Shown in pieces: positions 12,196-25,520 of a stretch of DNA of 64,000 nt (position 1 is its first letter; each line of letters begins with the position of its first letter). The stretch is from positions 3,720,911-3,784,910 of the forward strand of contig MU058531.1 in the NCBI GenBank assembly GCA_013265495.1, read 5' to 3'. The position numbers and the translations under genes are program-made. The notes beneath the pieces are model-generated. The model ran no database searches. It saw only the letters and a program-made list of their open reading frames with translations, and was not told the origin of the DNA. The DNA comes from Vicugna vicugna (taxonomy: Eukaryota).

Positions 12196-13565
12196 AGAAA
12201 TGTGTTGTTTTAATTTTCAGATATTTCAGAACTTTTCCAGGTATGTTTCTGTAAATAATTTCTAATTCAGTTCCATTATACTCATAATATACATTATGCA
12301 GTTTCATTCTTTTTCAGCCATCCTGCTGATATTGGGTTAGTGTTTTATAAATGTCAGTTAGGTCGTGTTAGGTGATAATGTTGTTCAAGTCTTGTATAAT
12401 TTTGCTGATTTTCTGTTTGTTCTGTGAATTACTAAGAGAGGAGTAATAAAATGTCTACCATAATCTACTTGGCTGTTTCTCCTTTTGTTTTTTTCTTCTT
12501 CTTTTCTTCTGAATCTTTGTTTTTATGTCTTCTTGATGAATTGACTTCTTTACCATTAATGTAATGTCCCTTTTGCTCTAGTAATGGTTCTTACTATGAA
12601 GTTTTTCTCTGACTTTAATTTAGTCACTGCAGCTTGCTTTCAGTTAGTGTTTGTGTGATATTTATTCTTATATCCTTTTACTTTTTATCCATCTTCATAT
12701 TTAATGTGGGTTTTTTTTGTATATAGCAAATATTTGGGTCCTTGTATGCAGTGTGATACCCTCTTTTTAAATGGCATGTCATTTAATGTAATTTATTGAT
12801 ATGACTTGGTTTTAATTTACCATCTTGCTGCTACTTTTCAAGTTGACCCATCTGGTATTTTTTTCTTTTTCTCATTTACTGCCTTCTTTTGGATTAAATG
12901 AGTATTTTTAGTATTCTACTTTATTTCCACTATTGGCTTATTAGATATACCTTTGTTTTAGTTTTCCGGTGATTACTCTTGGGGAAAAGTTTTCAAATGT
13001 TTTATTTACACCTCTCCTTTTGATTCTTAGGTATGAAAAATTCCAAAGAGTTTTTGTTTATGGGCTTGTTTATTAATTATTACTATACCCAGAATTAAAA
13101 CTGAAATGTTAAAATATTGTTAATTCAATTAAAATAGCAATAATAAAAAAGCAGTAATAAAGTTATGTGTTAACATAAATAACATGTTTATTTTAACTCT
13201 ATTGAAAAAACTATTAAAAAAAAACAAACTGGTGGGAATTGTGATGTTGTTTTACATTTTTGCAAATCTCTTTAATGTCTGGCTTAAAAAAAAAAAAAGA
13301 AGGTTGGATTACCTCTACTCCTGCATTCAATTTCTTGCTTATATGTTGTTTTAGTTTAAGTATGTGAAGAAAACCTGGCTTTACACTGATATGTAGCTAG
13401 TAAAAGGAAGAGCATTTTAATAACCTTTTCAGATAATTGAGGCCATTCTTCTTTGATACCATTCCAAAACTCATCAAGTGGTAGTTTCTTAAAGGTAAGT
13501 TATATTGTGGAATTTGAAGTCATATAACTCTGTTATATTAAAATTCATTAGTCTCCCTTGCACTT

Positions 13566-14832
13566 CGATTTTATTCTTCAACTCTGTTTGGGTATTCTTT
13601 ATATTTTCCAACTCTTCGCTAAAAACTTCGCTCTGTGCATCTATACTCCTCTTGAGTTCTCTGAACATCTTCGCCATCATTACTTTAAACTCTTTCTCAG
13701 ATAATTTGCCTATCTCCTTATCACTTATTTCTTCTTCTGGGATTTCATCTTGTGCCTTGGCCTGGGAGACGTTCCTCTGCCACCTCGTATTGCTTAACTT
13801 TCTATTTTTATTTTTAAGTAAGTTAGTTACGTTTCTCGACCTTGGAGAGGTGACCCTCTGTGGGAGATGTCCTATGCGTCCCTGCAGTACACTCCTCTTG
13901 TCACCCAAGGGCTGGGGTCCAGCCAGTCCCAGTATAGAGTCTGGCCTGTCTGGATCCACAGGCTTTGGGATTGTTGTTTTCTTATTTCTGGTATCTGCCT
14001 CTGATGGATGAGGCTGATCTAGAGGCTTATGCAGGGTTCCTGGCAGGAGGAGCCAGTGCCTGCCCACTGCTGGGTGAAGCTTGGTCCTGGACTTCTCTTG
14101 GGTAGGGCCATATCTAGAGGCTTTTGTGGCTTAGGAATTCTGCTGATTACTGGGGGCTGTGTTCCCGCACTGTATGTTTGGCCTGAGGCTTCTGTGCAGG
14201 CTGTTGGATGGGGCTAGGTCTTGGTGCTGATGATCCAATCAAGATATCAGCCTCCTGGAAAGCTCATGTAGATTAACACTCCTGGAATGTCTGCCATCAG
14301 CTTTTATTTCCCGTGTTCCCTACGTCCCCAGGAGAACCTGCAAAACCAGCAGGCAGGCCTGGCCCAGGTTCCTATGAAATCACTACCTCTGTCCTTCGAC
14401 CTGGTGCACGTGAGTTTCTGTGTACACTTCCCAAGCGAATGAAGTCTCCGTTTCCCCTAGTCCCAAGGGGCTCCCAGAGCCAAGCCCCACTGGCTTTCAA
14501 AGCCTGTGGTCTCCTTCTACTCCCAGTGCTGGGAAGCCTGACGTGGGGCACAGAACTCTCATTCATGCCTATGGGAGGGCCTCTGGGACTTAACTATTCT
14601 TTAGCTTGTGGGTTGCCCACCCAGGGGGTATGTGGCCCAATTATATCATGAGCACACCCCTCCTAACATACTGCTGTGGTTCCCTCTTCATGTTTCCAGT
14701 TGCAGAAGATCCTTCTTGCTGGGTTCCAGTCTTTTTTCCGATGGTTGTTTAGCATTCAGTTGTGGTTTTGTTGTTTTTGCAATGAGAGGTGAGCTCATTT
14801 TCCTACCACTCTGCCATCTTGACTGAAATCCC
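13566..14832 (-). mobile_element. L1 5' UTR plus ORF1 N-terminus only (3'-truncated), TSD-flanked
   Basis: Starts ggggatttcagtcaagatggc (YY1 core); ORF1p-like RWQRNVSQAKAQDEIPEEEISDKEIGKLSEKEFKVMMAKMFREL; TSD ctccc(t/c)tgcactt at 13553-13565 and 14833-14845. Confidence 0.85.
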
Positions 14833-15139
14833 CTCCCCTGCACTTTTGAATAGATGTTTTACCCATAAGTGATTTGTAATATCATGTATTGGAAAATACT
14901 GGTTCATCAAATTATGCAGATCACCCAAATGTTACATTTCATTATTTAGTATCAAAACATTACAGTAATATCACCATTGATCGCATCTGAAAATTTTAAG
15001 TATTAGAAACTATGAAACATATGTTGAAGCTTTGCAATTTTTGCAGAATTTTAATTTTCACTTGAATAATTAACTCTGATTATTGGCAACAGTTGCTTTC
15101 AGTTACCTTCCTTGAAATCATTGGATCAATTCATATTTT

Positions 15140-16405
15140 TTGTTTATTTTAATGAACTTTTTATTTTGGAATAATTTTAGATATACAAAAAGGTTGAAAA
15201 GAAAATATAGAGAGTTCCTGTATACTCCTCACTTAGTTTACCCTAATGTTAACTTTTTACATTACCTTGAACATTTGTCAAAACTAAGAAGCCAACATTT
15301 AAAACTCCAGATTTCATTTGGATTTCACCAGTTTTTCTGCTAATGTCCTTTTTCTGTTTCAGGATTTAGTCCAGGGTACCACACTGTATTTCATTATCAT
15401 GTTTCTTGGTCTCTATGCCCCTTAATAGTTTCTTAATCTTTCCTTGGTTTTATGACTGTGACACTTTTGGGGAATACTGGTCAAATATTTTCCAAAATGT
15501 TTTTTAAAAGAAGAACTACTGTTTATTTTCTTCCCTCAGTATTTCTGACAGTGACTTGTCAGGTTTTTTTTTCCACTTTGACCAATTCTTCAACACCAGG
15601 TGGATGTCCTACAAATTGATTTAATTCTGACGTTGTTATCCTGTACTTACCATCACATCCCACAAGTTAAGGCCTTAGTCCTACAAGACTGCCTCCCACT
15701 TCAGATGCCAGTCACAAATCCAGGCTTCTAGTACTTCTGACCAATAGCAGTATATTGGAGATGCCTGTGACACCCTTCTTGGGTTTGTTAATTTGCTAGA
15801 ACCACTCACAGAGCTCACGAAAATAGATGGCTCACTAGATTGCCAGTTTATTATAAAAAGGGGACAACTCGTAAACAGCCAGATGAAAGAGATACACAGG
15901 GCAAGGTTTATGAGAAAGGACATGGAACTTCCACGCACACTCTGGGTACGTCACCCTCCTAGCACTATGGTGTGTTCACCAACCCAGAAGCACTCTGAAC
16001 CCCTTAAGTTAGGATTTTTAATGGAGGCTTTACTATATTGGCACACTTGATTAAATCATTGGGGTTTTAGTGATTAGCTCAACCTCCAAAACTCCTCCAG
16101 AAGTCAGGGGGTAAAGCTGAAATTTCTAACCCTGTAATTATATGATTAGTACCTTTGGCAACTAGCCCCTATCCTGAGAATATCCAGGAACATTCAGCCA
16201 CTAGTCATCTCATTAGCATACAAAAAGACACATTAGAGATTTCAAGGGTTTCAAAGCCTATGCGCCAGGAAATGGGCAGAGACCAAATATGTATTTCTTA
16301 TTATGTTGCATCCTCAGTTTGGGTGTGTCTGATGATTTCCACAGGACTTGACTGAGTTTTGTTTTTTTGGGGAGGAATACCACAGAGATGAAATGCTCAC
16401 TTTGT
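15140..16405 (-). mobile_element. L1MC-type 3' end, split by a MER21 LTR
   Basis: ttttattttggaataattttagatatacaaaaaggttg... resumes at about 16311. Confidence 0.65.
15505..16310 (-). mobile_element. MER21-family solo LTR
   Basis: acaagactgcctcccacttcagatgccagtcacaa...aatttgctagaaccactcacagagctca; terminus gaccaaatatgtatttcttattatgttgca. Confidence 0.8.
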
Positions 16406-17493
16406 CTGAATTTGAGAAAATGTCTGCCAGATATATTCACGTCTGAATTACAACTATAGTTTGCAATCAGTTTTTCTTTTAAGTAAAAATAGTGTTCATG
16501 ATAAAAGGGGTTTGACCAGTTCACCATTCATATAATTGCACATGTGCTTTTCCTCTAGACACCACTGTACTTTGGTGTGTAGCACAAGTTCCTTAGGTAT
16601 ACTTCTCCTTTAATCACATAGAATATTTAAGAGATGTTTACTCATAGGTCAAGATTTAATGTAATTAATACATTTTACTGTTTTATCATGGACAATCTTA
16701 AGAGGAATTAGCTAGCACCCTCTCCCCCCTCCCCTTTTTTTAAAATTGTGAGTGCATGTCATGAAGAATACAGTGATTAGTAATACTGTTTGGTGCCATT
16801 GTCTTGATTTATGCTGGGGCATCAATAGTTTTATTCAAAATTGCTTTAGCAGAATCAATGCCATTGTTAACACATTGACAAACTGTTAGCACCATTAGGA
16901 ATATAGTTTTGACTCTGCAGACCTCATGAAAGCTTCTCTGGGACACTGTTGAGAACTGCTGCAGTAGGACTTATGGTATTTATCTTTATCACAGTCTATT
17001 TTCAAATAATGTTATACCACTTTGAACACAATGTAATAACCTTACAACAGTATACTGCCATTCTCTCCCTTCTGATTTTGTGCTGTAAACCCCTCAGTAT
17101 GCTGATATTATTTTTGCTTTAAGTAGTCAGATATACTTTAAAAAATGGCTTTCATGTGTTTATCTTTTATTTATGTCTTTTCTAAAATACCTTTTTGTAT
17201 TTACTACTTGTGTTGCTTTTTATTTCTTTGTGTAGATTTATGTTTCCATAAGATATAGTCTTTCTGCCTAAAAATTTTCCTTTAAATCTCTTTCTTAAAA
17301 ATATAAGTATAAAATTTTGATCTCTACAACCTAGTCTCTTACTATATTGTTTTTTAAGGTAATATTTTAAAGACCCTTTATGATAGTTTGCAGTTGAATG
17401 GTTCTACCTCCTGGAATCCTTGCTTATTTTCTTCCTCTCCTACTCCAATTAAACAAAACAGCAGAAAAACCCACTGATCAAAAATAACCTTTC

Positions 17494-17850
17494 AGTCAGA
17501 GAAAGTCAAATATTGTATAATATGCTTATATGTGGAATCTAAAAAATAATATAAATGAATGTATTTGCAAAACAGAAACAGACTCACAGATACAGAAAAC
17601 AAACTTGTGGTTACCAAAGTGGGGAGAGGGAAGAGGGGAGGGGAAAACTGAGGGTATGGGATTAACAGATACAAATTACTGTATATAAAATAGATAAGCA
17701 ATGAGGATATACCGTATAGCACGAGAATTATACCCATTATCTTGTAATAACCTAAAGTGGAGTGTAATCTGCAAAAATATTGAATCACTATGCAGTACAT
17801 CTGAAACTAACACAATATTGTATATCAACTATACTTCAATAAAAATTATT
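17494..17850 (+). mobile_element. 5'-truncated L1 3' end
   Basis: atatgtggaatctaaaaa...aactatacttcaataaaaa; TSD core aacctttca. Confidence 0.85.
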
Positions 17851-18854
17851 AAAACCTTTCAAACTAGCATTGACTGGGAGAATCTCAGGATAATGTACCT
17901 TCTCCAAATAATGCTTTGCTGTTGAAATCAGTAGAGAGAAAGCACCCATACTATTAGAGATGTTGTTAAGCAAATGTGATCCCTCTTTTCTGTGAGATTA
18001 TTTTGAGGAAAAACATCATTTTCATTTATGTGAATCCAGTATTTTTTTGCCTTGGAGTTAGAAGTCATTGTTTCTACTTTATGCTCATGGAGATAACAGC
18101 ATCTTTTGATCAGGCTTAAAATTAATTGCCTGTTTGACTCAAATTTTCTTACAGTAGCTAGAATAAATTATCCTACAGTTATTTGCCAGCTTACCCCTAG
18201 CAGTTGTTTCATCTACTGTTCTAATTACCTCAGTGAAAGTAAACATATATCATAGGACAATATTTTGAGTGGAAAATGAAGAACAAATTAAAGAAACAGG
18301 CTTTATTACAACACCTCATAGAAATACATTCCCATGTTAAAAGAAAAACTGATTGCCTCTTGTCTTAACACTTGGTAAGTAGTTCCCAAACACTCATAAG
18401 TCAGGTAAAACTGACCTTTGTTGGCAGGAAATGAGGCAGATTGGTACAGTATTTTCAAACAGTGAATGTATTATAGCTAGTTATTTACTGATTTCCTTGG
18501 ACTATGATATTTCCAGTTGCTTTTTACTGTTGTAAAGTTTTTTTTTTAATAACAAAATTATCATTATTTTGCTCATTGTTAAATTTCTATAGAATAAATA
18601 TTTGGGTTTTTTATGACATGATACACAGATTTAAAGTGAAAATGACTTCAGAAATTCTACTCATGAGATACTATTTGTTTGTATTTTTAAATGAAGTCTT
18701 ATGTATATCAACTGCTTATCAATAATTTGAGTGCTGTTCTCTCTCTCTACTGCATTCTGCTTGAGTTATTTAAGAGTCATCTGATTTTCCTCAGCTACAG
18801 GGATACACCTTGATTAACTTTAACTCACAGATAAAGCATATTTCTCAGGTCTTT

Positions 18855-19052
18855 TTTTTTTTTTTTTGATGTGAAGTCTTTTTATCAAAGTATAGTCAGT
18901 TTACAGTGTGTCGATTTCTGATTTACAGCATAATGTTTCAGTCATATATATATATGAACATATATTCCTCTTCGTATTCATTTTCATTATAGGTTACTCC
19001 AAGATATTGAATATGGCTCCCTGTGCTATACAGAAGAAACTTGTTGTCTGTC
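18855..19052 (-). mobile_element. short 5'-truncated L1 3' end
   Basis: PolyT tail; 14-bp TSD tttctcaggtcttt at 18841-18854 and 19053-19066. Confidence 0.85.
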
Positions 19053-20564
19053 TTTCTCAGGTCTTTGTAATTGCCTGTGGAATGGGATGTTTACTGGGAA
19101 CTTCCAGGAAGGATCTTTTCTTTCTCTTTTGTGAGAGTTATTAAAAGAGCAACCGGAGGATCTTTGAAAGTTACACTATAAGGATGTGACAACTGGCATT
19201 GCTGTGCAGTCCTTTCTCTGAGCAGCAACCAGCCTCCACATGAAGCAGGAGGGCTTAGCTGAGAGTGGTAGAGCAGTGGAGTCTGACTGACGCTATGAGC
19301 CTCTTAGAGTCCAAAGTTAGCTGAGCGTATGGAATATTCAGTCTTGTGGTCTAATCAGTTTGCCTAAATGTGTTTGATATCACTTTGTGATTAATTTTGA
19401 AAGTGCTGATACTTAGTATTTTACTATTTCTAATTCAATTGACTATTTCTAATACAATTTGCGATTTTAATCACATTAACATCTTTATTTGGCAAATATT
19501 TGAATCATTAAAGATATATAAATCTATCTTATATTCAGATATGGATGAGTTGTACCATGTTTTAAGCTTTTAAAAAAATTACAGTCTAGAAATTTTAAGC
19601 ATTTTTAAGCTAAGGAGCTCTGATAGGAAACACTAGAATACAACTTTCTTTTTCTCATGTGAAAAATATTTGAGAGACAGTTCTGAATAAGGCTCATTCG
19701 TAAGGTGAATACATAAATAAATATTTATGTACTTCATTTTGTGTTGCCTTTTATATTAAATGTGTACTTATTCAGTTAATTTTTAACAGGAGACTTTTCA
19801 TTTTTTTGTTCAGACTTACAGTGGCTCTCCATTTTGTTCATCATGAATTCCAAATATTTTTGCCAATGAAAGGCCCCTTAATTTAGCCTACACTTATTTC
19901 CCATCCTTGTTCATATTCAGTGAGATTAATGTATTTCCCTGATCCATGCCTTTGCTTGCTCCCCCTGGATTGTTCTTTCCAATCCTTTCTGTCTGTGTAA
20001 TTAATACCTATTATTTTTGCCCCTGTTCTGATTCCAACCCTTCAATAAAATCTTTGTCAGTATCCACCATGAGTATAAATAATCTTACAAACAACTTTAT
20101 TTTCTCTTGTAAGAAAAGTCAAACAGTACTTTATAAAGTTGGACAAATGCCCTTCATTTCTAGTCCAGCCCTCCAGAGGATAACTTCCTAATAGTTCAGA
20201 TTCCTTGATATTTTTCTATTTATATTTGAGAGTATATGACTTATTTGGTTATCACTTCTTTTGACTACCTTATTGGAAAGCACAATTCTAGAGGCTTAAT
20301 ATTTATTTGATTTTTCTTTTGGTAAGAATATTTCAAGAATGGTGGCATGTACTTCATATTGCATCAGAAAACACATACTATCTGGTGGTCTTTCTTGGTA
20401 CTGTTTAGATGGATCAGTGATTGAAGTATTGTTAGCCTGATCTCCCCATTTTTAAGTTCCCCATTATCCTCTCACTGAATGATTTCATCTACCTCATTAT
20501 TTTAAATTGTCATAGATAGCTACTTGGCTGTCTGCTAATATAGTAAGATAATAGATTGTTAAAA

Positions 20565-20750
20565 GGCCAGGCTCTGGAGCTTACCCTGCCTGTGATTTAT
20601 GACCTTTGGCAAATGATTGCACATCTTTGTGTCTCAGTTTCCTCTACTGTGAGTTAGGTACCTCACAAGATTGTCTCAAGGATTAAATATGTTAAATGTT
20701 TGAAACAGTGCGTAGGATGCTGTGTCAGTAAATGCTAGTTGTTATTATTA
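20565..20750 (+). mobile_element. MIR SINE
   Basis: gacctttggcaaatgattgcacatctttgtgtctcagtttcctc. Confidence 0.7.
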
Positions 20751-20999
20751 ATATACTGATTTAGAAGTTTTATTTTGCTGTCTATGCACTGGCATTTGTT
20801 TGCATGGAAAATGCTTTACTGGATAATACTCAATGCATTCTGTCTGGCAGTGAGACCAGGTCACGCTGTGGGAAAACAAAGTGCCATTTAAGTGATTACA
20901 AACCTCATATGTATCTAGCATCTATGATTTTTTAATAAGAAAAACACTAGCCGAAAAGGGGATTTGTTACACTTGAGTTTATAATGAAGAAAAGAAACA

Positions 21000-22260
21000 T
21001 TGATCATAATTACATGTATATCCTAGATATTAGGAAAGAAAATTTTAAGAGTGGAGAAGAGTGACCCCATGGCTTTTGACACTGTACAATTCTTTGGGGT
21101 GGGAGTTAGTAAAAAATTAGCATGCACAGTCCTAAATAATTTGAGGAAAAAAGTCTCTCAAAATCCAATGCAGTCGTGCAAAGGAACTCTCAGATTAACA
21201 GCGTAGATTTACTAGCTGGAAGGAGAGATGCAGAACTGAAGACAATTATAAAACAATAGTATAAACCTTTATAAGCAGTGGCAGGAACCATAAAGCAAGT
21301 TTGAAGTTTACAGAAAATGCTTAGGACAACATAAATTGTTTTTTAAAGTAATGTCAAATAATATTAAGCTTCAACAAGATTATCAAATTTTTAAGAGAGA
21401 TGGAACCATCAGTTCATATTTTACCACTGTCAGATTCAGTAGGGAGAAAGAGTCTTTGGGTTAGAAAGGATAATAATTTTAGAAGAATTATAGGCTATGG
21501 TAGCAAAGCAGCTAGCAGGTGAAACACTTGACCACTTTAAGTGCATTTAATTTTCTTCATTTAAATTAATGCCTTCTCTAGCTGCCAATGGACTTGCAGA
21601 TCTACTCATGAAATCACTGGGTAGTCTTTGTGAATGTCATGAAAAATATATTTGTTATCTGGAGATGATCAAACACTAGCTTGATTTTTTTTTTTAAGAA
21701 AGGGAAAAGTGTGGGTTCTGAAAATTACAAGCCAATAATCTTGTTACTGATCTTTTGCAGATTTCTAGAAATTTCAGCAAAAGCTTGTGAACATTTATGA
21801 AAAAATTCTCAAATGTAGAAATTTAAATGTGTCCACCAAGAACATATCATGTCAAATTAACTTCATTTCTTTTAAAAGAGGATTATCAGTTCAGTTGAAT
21901 GAGAAAAATACTGTAGTAACAATTTGTTATTTTTAGTGAAGTATTTGACAATCTTTGTCCATGTTTTTGGATAAGGCTTGTTGGTGAGTTGTTTAAATTT
22001 ACAGTAAGTAGGTAGATTTACAGTAGTTAGTTTCAGAGTAAATTGAAATCCAAAGCCAGCAGTTGATTAGAGGTTCAGTGTCACCATTGAGAGAGACCTT
22101 TAAAGCATCCAGTGTGATTATCTATATCTTGTGTCAATATTTCCATCATTGATCTGCCTGAAAGTTTAGAATTAGACTTACCTTCTTGTAGATTATTCAG
22201 AGCTGCAGTTGGCATAGCTGATACTGTAGAAGGCAGTTCAGAACATCTTCTAAAACCTTA
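21000..22260 (+). mobile_element. ancient CR1/L3 LINE reverse-transcriptase remnant
   Basis: Decayed codons for KKG..ENYKPI.L, TKN.SCQINFISF and F..FD, typical of CR1 RT. Confidence 0.65.
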
Positions 22261-22507
22261 CCTAATTAGTGCATTTCTGTCTTCCCCTCTCTTAACATAC
22301 TTTCATACTTTGCATGTAATATAAATTCATAATTTAGATTGCTTCAGAGAGAAAAAGTGACTTTTTTTGACTACCTGACATTTTTACCAAATTAATGTAT
22401 GAATTGTATATACTCCTTATAGCATATCATCTTTAATGATACAAATACAGGAAAACAAACTGAAAATTGGAAAAGTCTCTGCATAAATATATTTTTATCT
22501 ACTTTAG

Positions 22508-22623
22508 GAATATGAAGCACGAACAGGGAGAGCCTGTAAACCACCACCTCAGTCTTCAAGACGGAAGAATTTTGAATTTGAGCCACTCTCTACTACTGCC
22601 CTGATTCTTGAGGATCGACCATC
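22508..22623 (+). CDS. TBC1D12: TBC1D12 coding exon 3
   Basis: ctttag / tc|gtaagt; 116 nt; [38 protein letters not shown]. Confidence 0.96.
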
Positions 22624-22811
22624 GTAAGTATTTTAGTGATCATCAGGCACACTGTTTATATTTTAAATTTAAATTTAATTTTGCTTACTGTTTCACTTGA
22701 AAGAGATCAGGGAATTAGATAAAGAAATAGATTTGTTATTTTTTTTTTTTCAATTCCAGTGATGAATCCTAAAACTGCAGGGAAGAATTGTTATGCCTAA
22801 GCGTTATGCAT

Positions 22812-23060
22812 ATTTTTATTGAAATATAGTTGACATACAATATTATGTTAGTTTCAGGTGCACTGTGTAATAATTTGACATTTGCATTTGTTATGAAATG
22901 ATCATGATAAGTTTAGTAACCATCTGTCCCCATACAAAGTTATTACAATGTTATTGACCATATTCCTTATAATGTTTACTACATCCTGTGACTTACTTAT
23001 TATATAACTGGAGGTTTGTACCTTTTAATCCTCTTTATCTATTTTGCCCACCCTCTTCTG
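22812..23060 (-). mobile_element. L1 3' end fragment (L1MA9-like)
   Basis: ttattgaaatatagttgacatacaatattatgttagtttcaggtg. Confidence 0.75.
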
Positions 23061-24224
23061 CCTTTTCTTAATATGATAGAGCAGTTATTTCTCCTTTCTT
23101 GACATTTAATATGTACTTAAGATGTATTTGTTCTGGCCTTTTATGCCATACAACTACTGACTGTCAACTAGTTGGTTTACTGTTATTAAGAATATATTTT
23201 AAAATATGTATATATATATTTAATACCCAGCAAAACATCTTAAATTCTTCCTTTTCTACTTCTGCCCTTCCCCATCTCAGTCTTCTGCAAGGCTGCTGTT
23301 CTTCAAAATATAGTCTCTGATTTGCTGCCAAACAAATCACACTTTTCCTAAAGCAAGACAACTTGATCCTTAACTCCTTTTCCCCTTCTTGGGCTCTCTG
23401 GATGTAATCTTTTTCTTCTTCTAGATTGTTCTTTACTTCCAGTATAAAAATTCCTGACTTTTTTTGGTCATTTTCCTGGTCTACAGCTTTTTCCACTCAT
23501 GATCCTGGGGGGAATAATACAAGAATCTGGAGCCAAACAGACAGAGGTTGAATATTCTTTAGACATTGTGAGAGAAGAAAGGCTGAACACAAGTACATTA
23601 TTTTTTAAAATTATTACAGTCCTTCATCCCAGAACTCTTGTAGAATTTGGTGAATGTATTCATATTTATTCTTTCATGAGAGAAAACTTCATGGTATGAG
23701 AGAAGCTTTTTAGAAATTTAGTTTTGAGAACATGTCAAAGTTTTATTTCAATCCTGCTGCCAAGGAGGAGTGAACCAGGCCAGTTGAAAGAGTGATTAGA
23801 TACGAAAGGAATACCTGGCTAATGATCTGTAGACTCTTGACTGATTGACAGCTGAGTAGGAAGATAGCTAAGTTCCCAGAAAAGCTTTGTTAAACTTGTT
23901 AAAATTCATCCAAAATAGATAAAGCTTTTTACCAGGAATGGTAATTTCTTCCCAGAAGGAGTTTATAAAAATATTATGCCAAAAGTTCTGTTCTAGATAA
24001 TGTTTGGAACAAGTTTTTCTTTATACCATTCTCTATTTTATAATCAAATTTGTCTTTTAAATTCCTGCCTTCCTGCCTTTGCTCTTGTTATTACCTTCAC
24101 TTGTAAGGCAGTTATCCTATTTCTACTTCTTACTTACTTACTAACCCTTTTAAGATTAGACGTTTTCCTTTCTTCCAAGTCTTTGTTGACTTTTTCAACC
24201 TTCCATGAATTCTTTTATTTACCG

Positions 24225-25520
24225 AATGCTTTCAAGACTTTCCTCTATGTGATTTTCACTAATTTGATTATGATATGCTGTGGTAGGATTTTCCTCATGT
24301 TCCTTCTGTTTGGCACTCATTGAGCTTAATGTGTCTGTGCATTTATAGTTTTCTATCAATTTTGGGAAAATTTTAGCTTTTATTTCTTCAACAGTTTTAT
24401 CGTCTGCTGTCCCCCCTTTCTTCTGAGATGTCCATTAAACATACATTGCTTGATATTTTCCATGTCCCACATTTCATTTATGCTTTTCTTTAGGGGGAAA
24501 GTAATTCTTTTCTCTCCCTATTTCATTTTGTATAGTTTTATGTTATTATAGCTTAAAGTTCACTTATTTTTTCCTCTGCAGTGTGTAATTTGCTGTCAAT
24601 TCCATCTTTTATATTTATAATTTTAGAAATTTTCATCGGTATACATTTGATTTGGATCTTGAGTTTCTCTTATCATGCTCCTGCTTTTCTCTAACTTCTT
24701 GAGTGTATTTGTAACAGCAGTTTTATCATCCCTGAGTTATAATCCTATTGTCTGACATTTCTATGCCATTTCTGTTGATTAATTTTTCTTCTCATTATTG
24801 TTTGTATTTTCTTGCTTCTTTACACCCCTGGTAATTTTTACTGTATACCAGATATTGTGATTTTTACATGGTTGGAAGTTGGACTTTTTTGTATTACTTT
24901 AAATATTTTTTGGTTTGGTTTATAGTTAAGTTATTTTGAATTGGTTTGATCCTTTGGATCTAATAATCTTTGGAGTTCATCCAGGACAGCCTTTAGTTTA
25001 GGGCTGATTTATCATTACTACCAAGGCATTACCCTAAGGACTCCAGTTGATACCCTGTCTATTAGGAGGTCTTTCCACTCTGGCTGGTCAGTCCAGTGTG
25101 ATCTTTGAGAATGTTTTGTCTGTTTTTTTCCTGGTGTTTCATTCCATGGCCACTATAGTTTAATCACATGTATGCACAAATCAGTATCCAGCCAAAGCCT
25201 CTGTAGCTCCCTCCTCTCTGGTACTCTGATTTGCAAATTCTAGCTGTCTTGGACTCCCCAACTTCAAATTCTGTTTCCTCAACTTAGCAAGACCTGGTGG
25301 GCTCTATTTTGGCACTCCTTCCCAGCACAGAGACCTGGAAACTCCAAGCTGTAAGGTCAGGCACTTGCACTGTTACTTTGTTTTCTTTCTCATAAGGACC
25401 GTGGTCTGTTGCTGCCTGTTTTCCAATTTCTAAAAACTGTTGTTTAATATTTATTTTTCTAATTAGGGCAAGAGGGAAAATCTGATTCCTTGTATTCCAT
25501 TATGGTCTGAAGCAGAAATC
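24225..25520 (-). mobile_element. old L1/HAL1 5'-region remnant
   Basis: Decayed antisense ORF1-like, T-rich sequence. Confidence 0.55.

Larger units (their letters stand above)
10300..12985 (-). mobile_element. old host L1 ORF2/ORF1 remnant, interrupted at 10868-12195; resumes near 16960
   Basis: T-rich decayed L1 antisense sequence that is collinear across the insertions. Confidence 0.6.
12985..16960. mobile_element. Charlie1-family DNA transposon, fragmented by nested insertions
   Basis: tttacatttttgcaaatctctttaatgtctggcttaa...agtggtagtttcttaaagg; terminus gttgagaactgctg near 16960. Confidence 0.75.

Noticed and set aside
13489..14067. 192-aa minus-strand ORF as a novel gene
   Set aside because: It is L1 5' UTR read into ORF1p-like coiled-coil sequence
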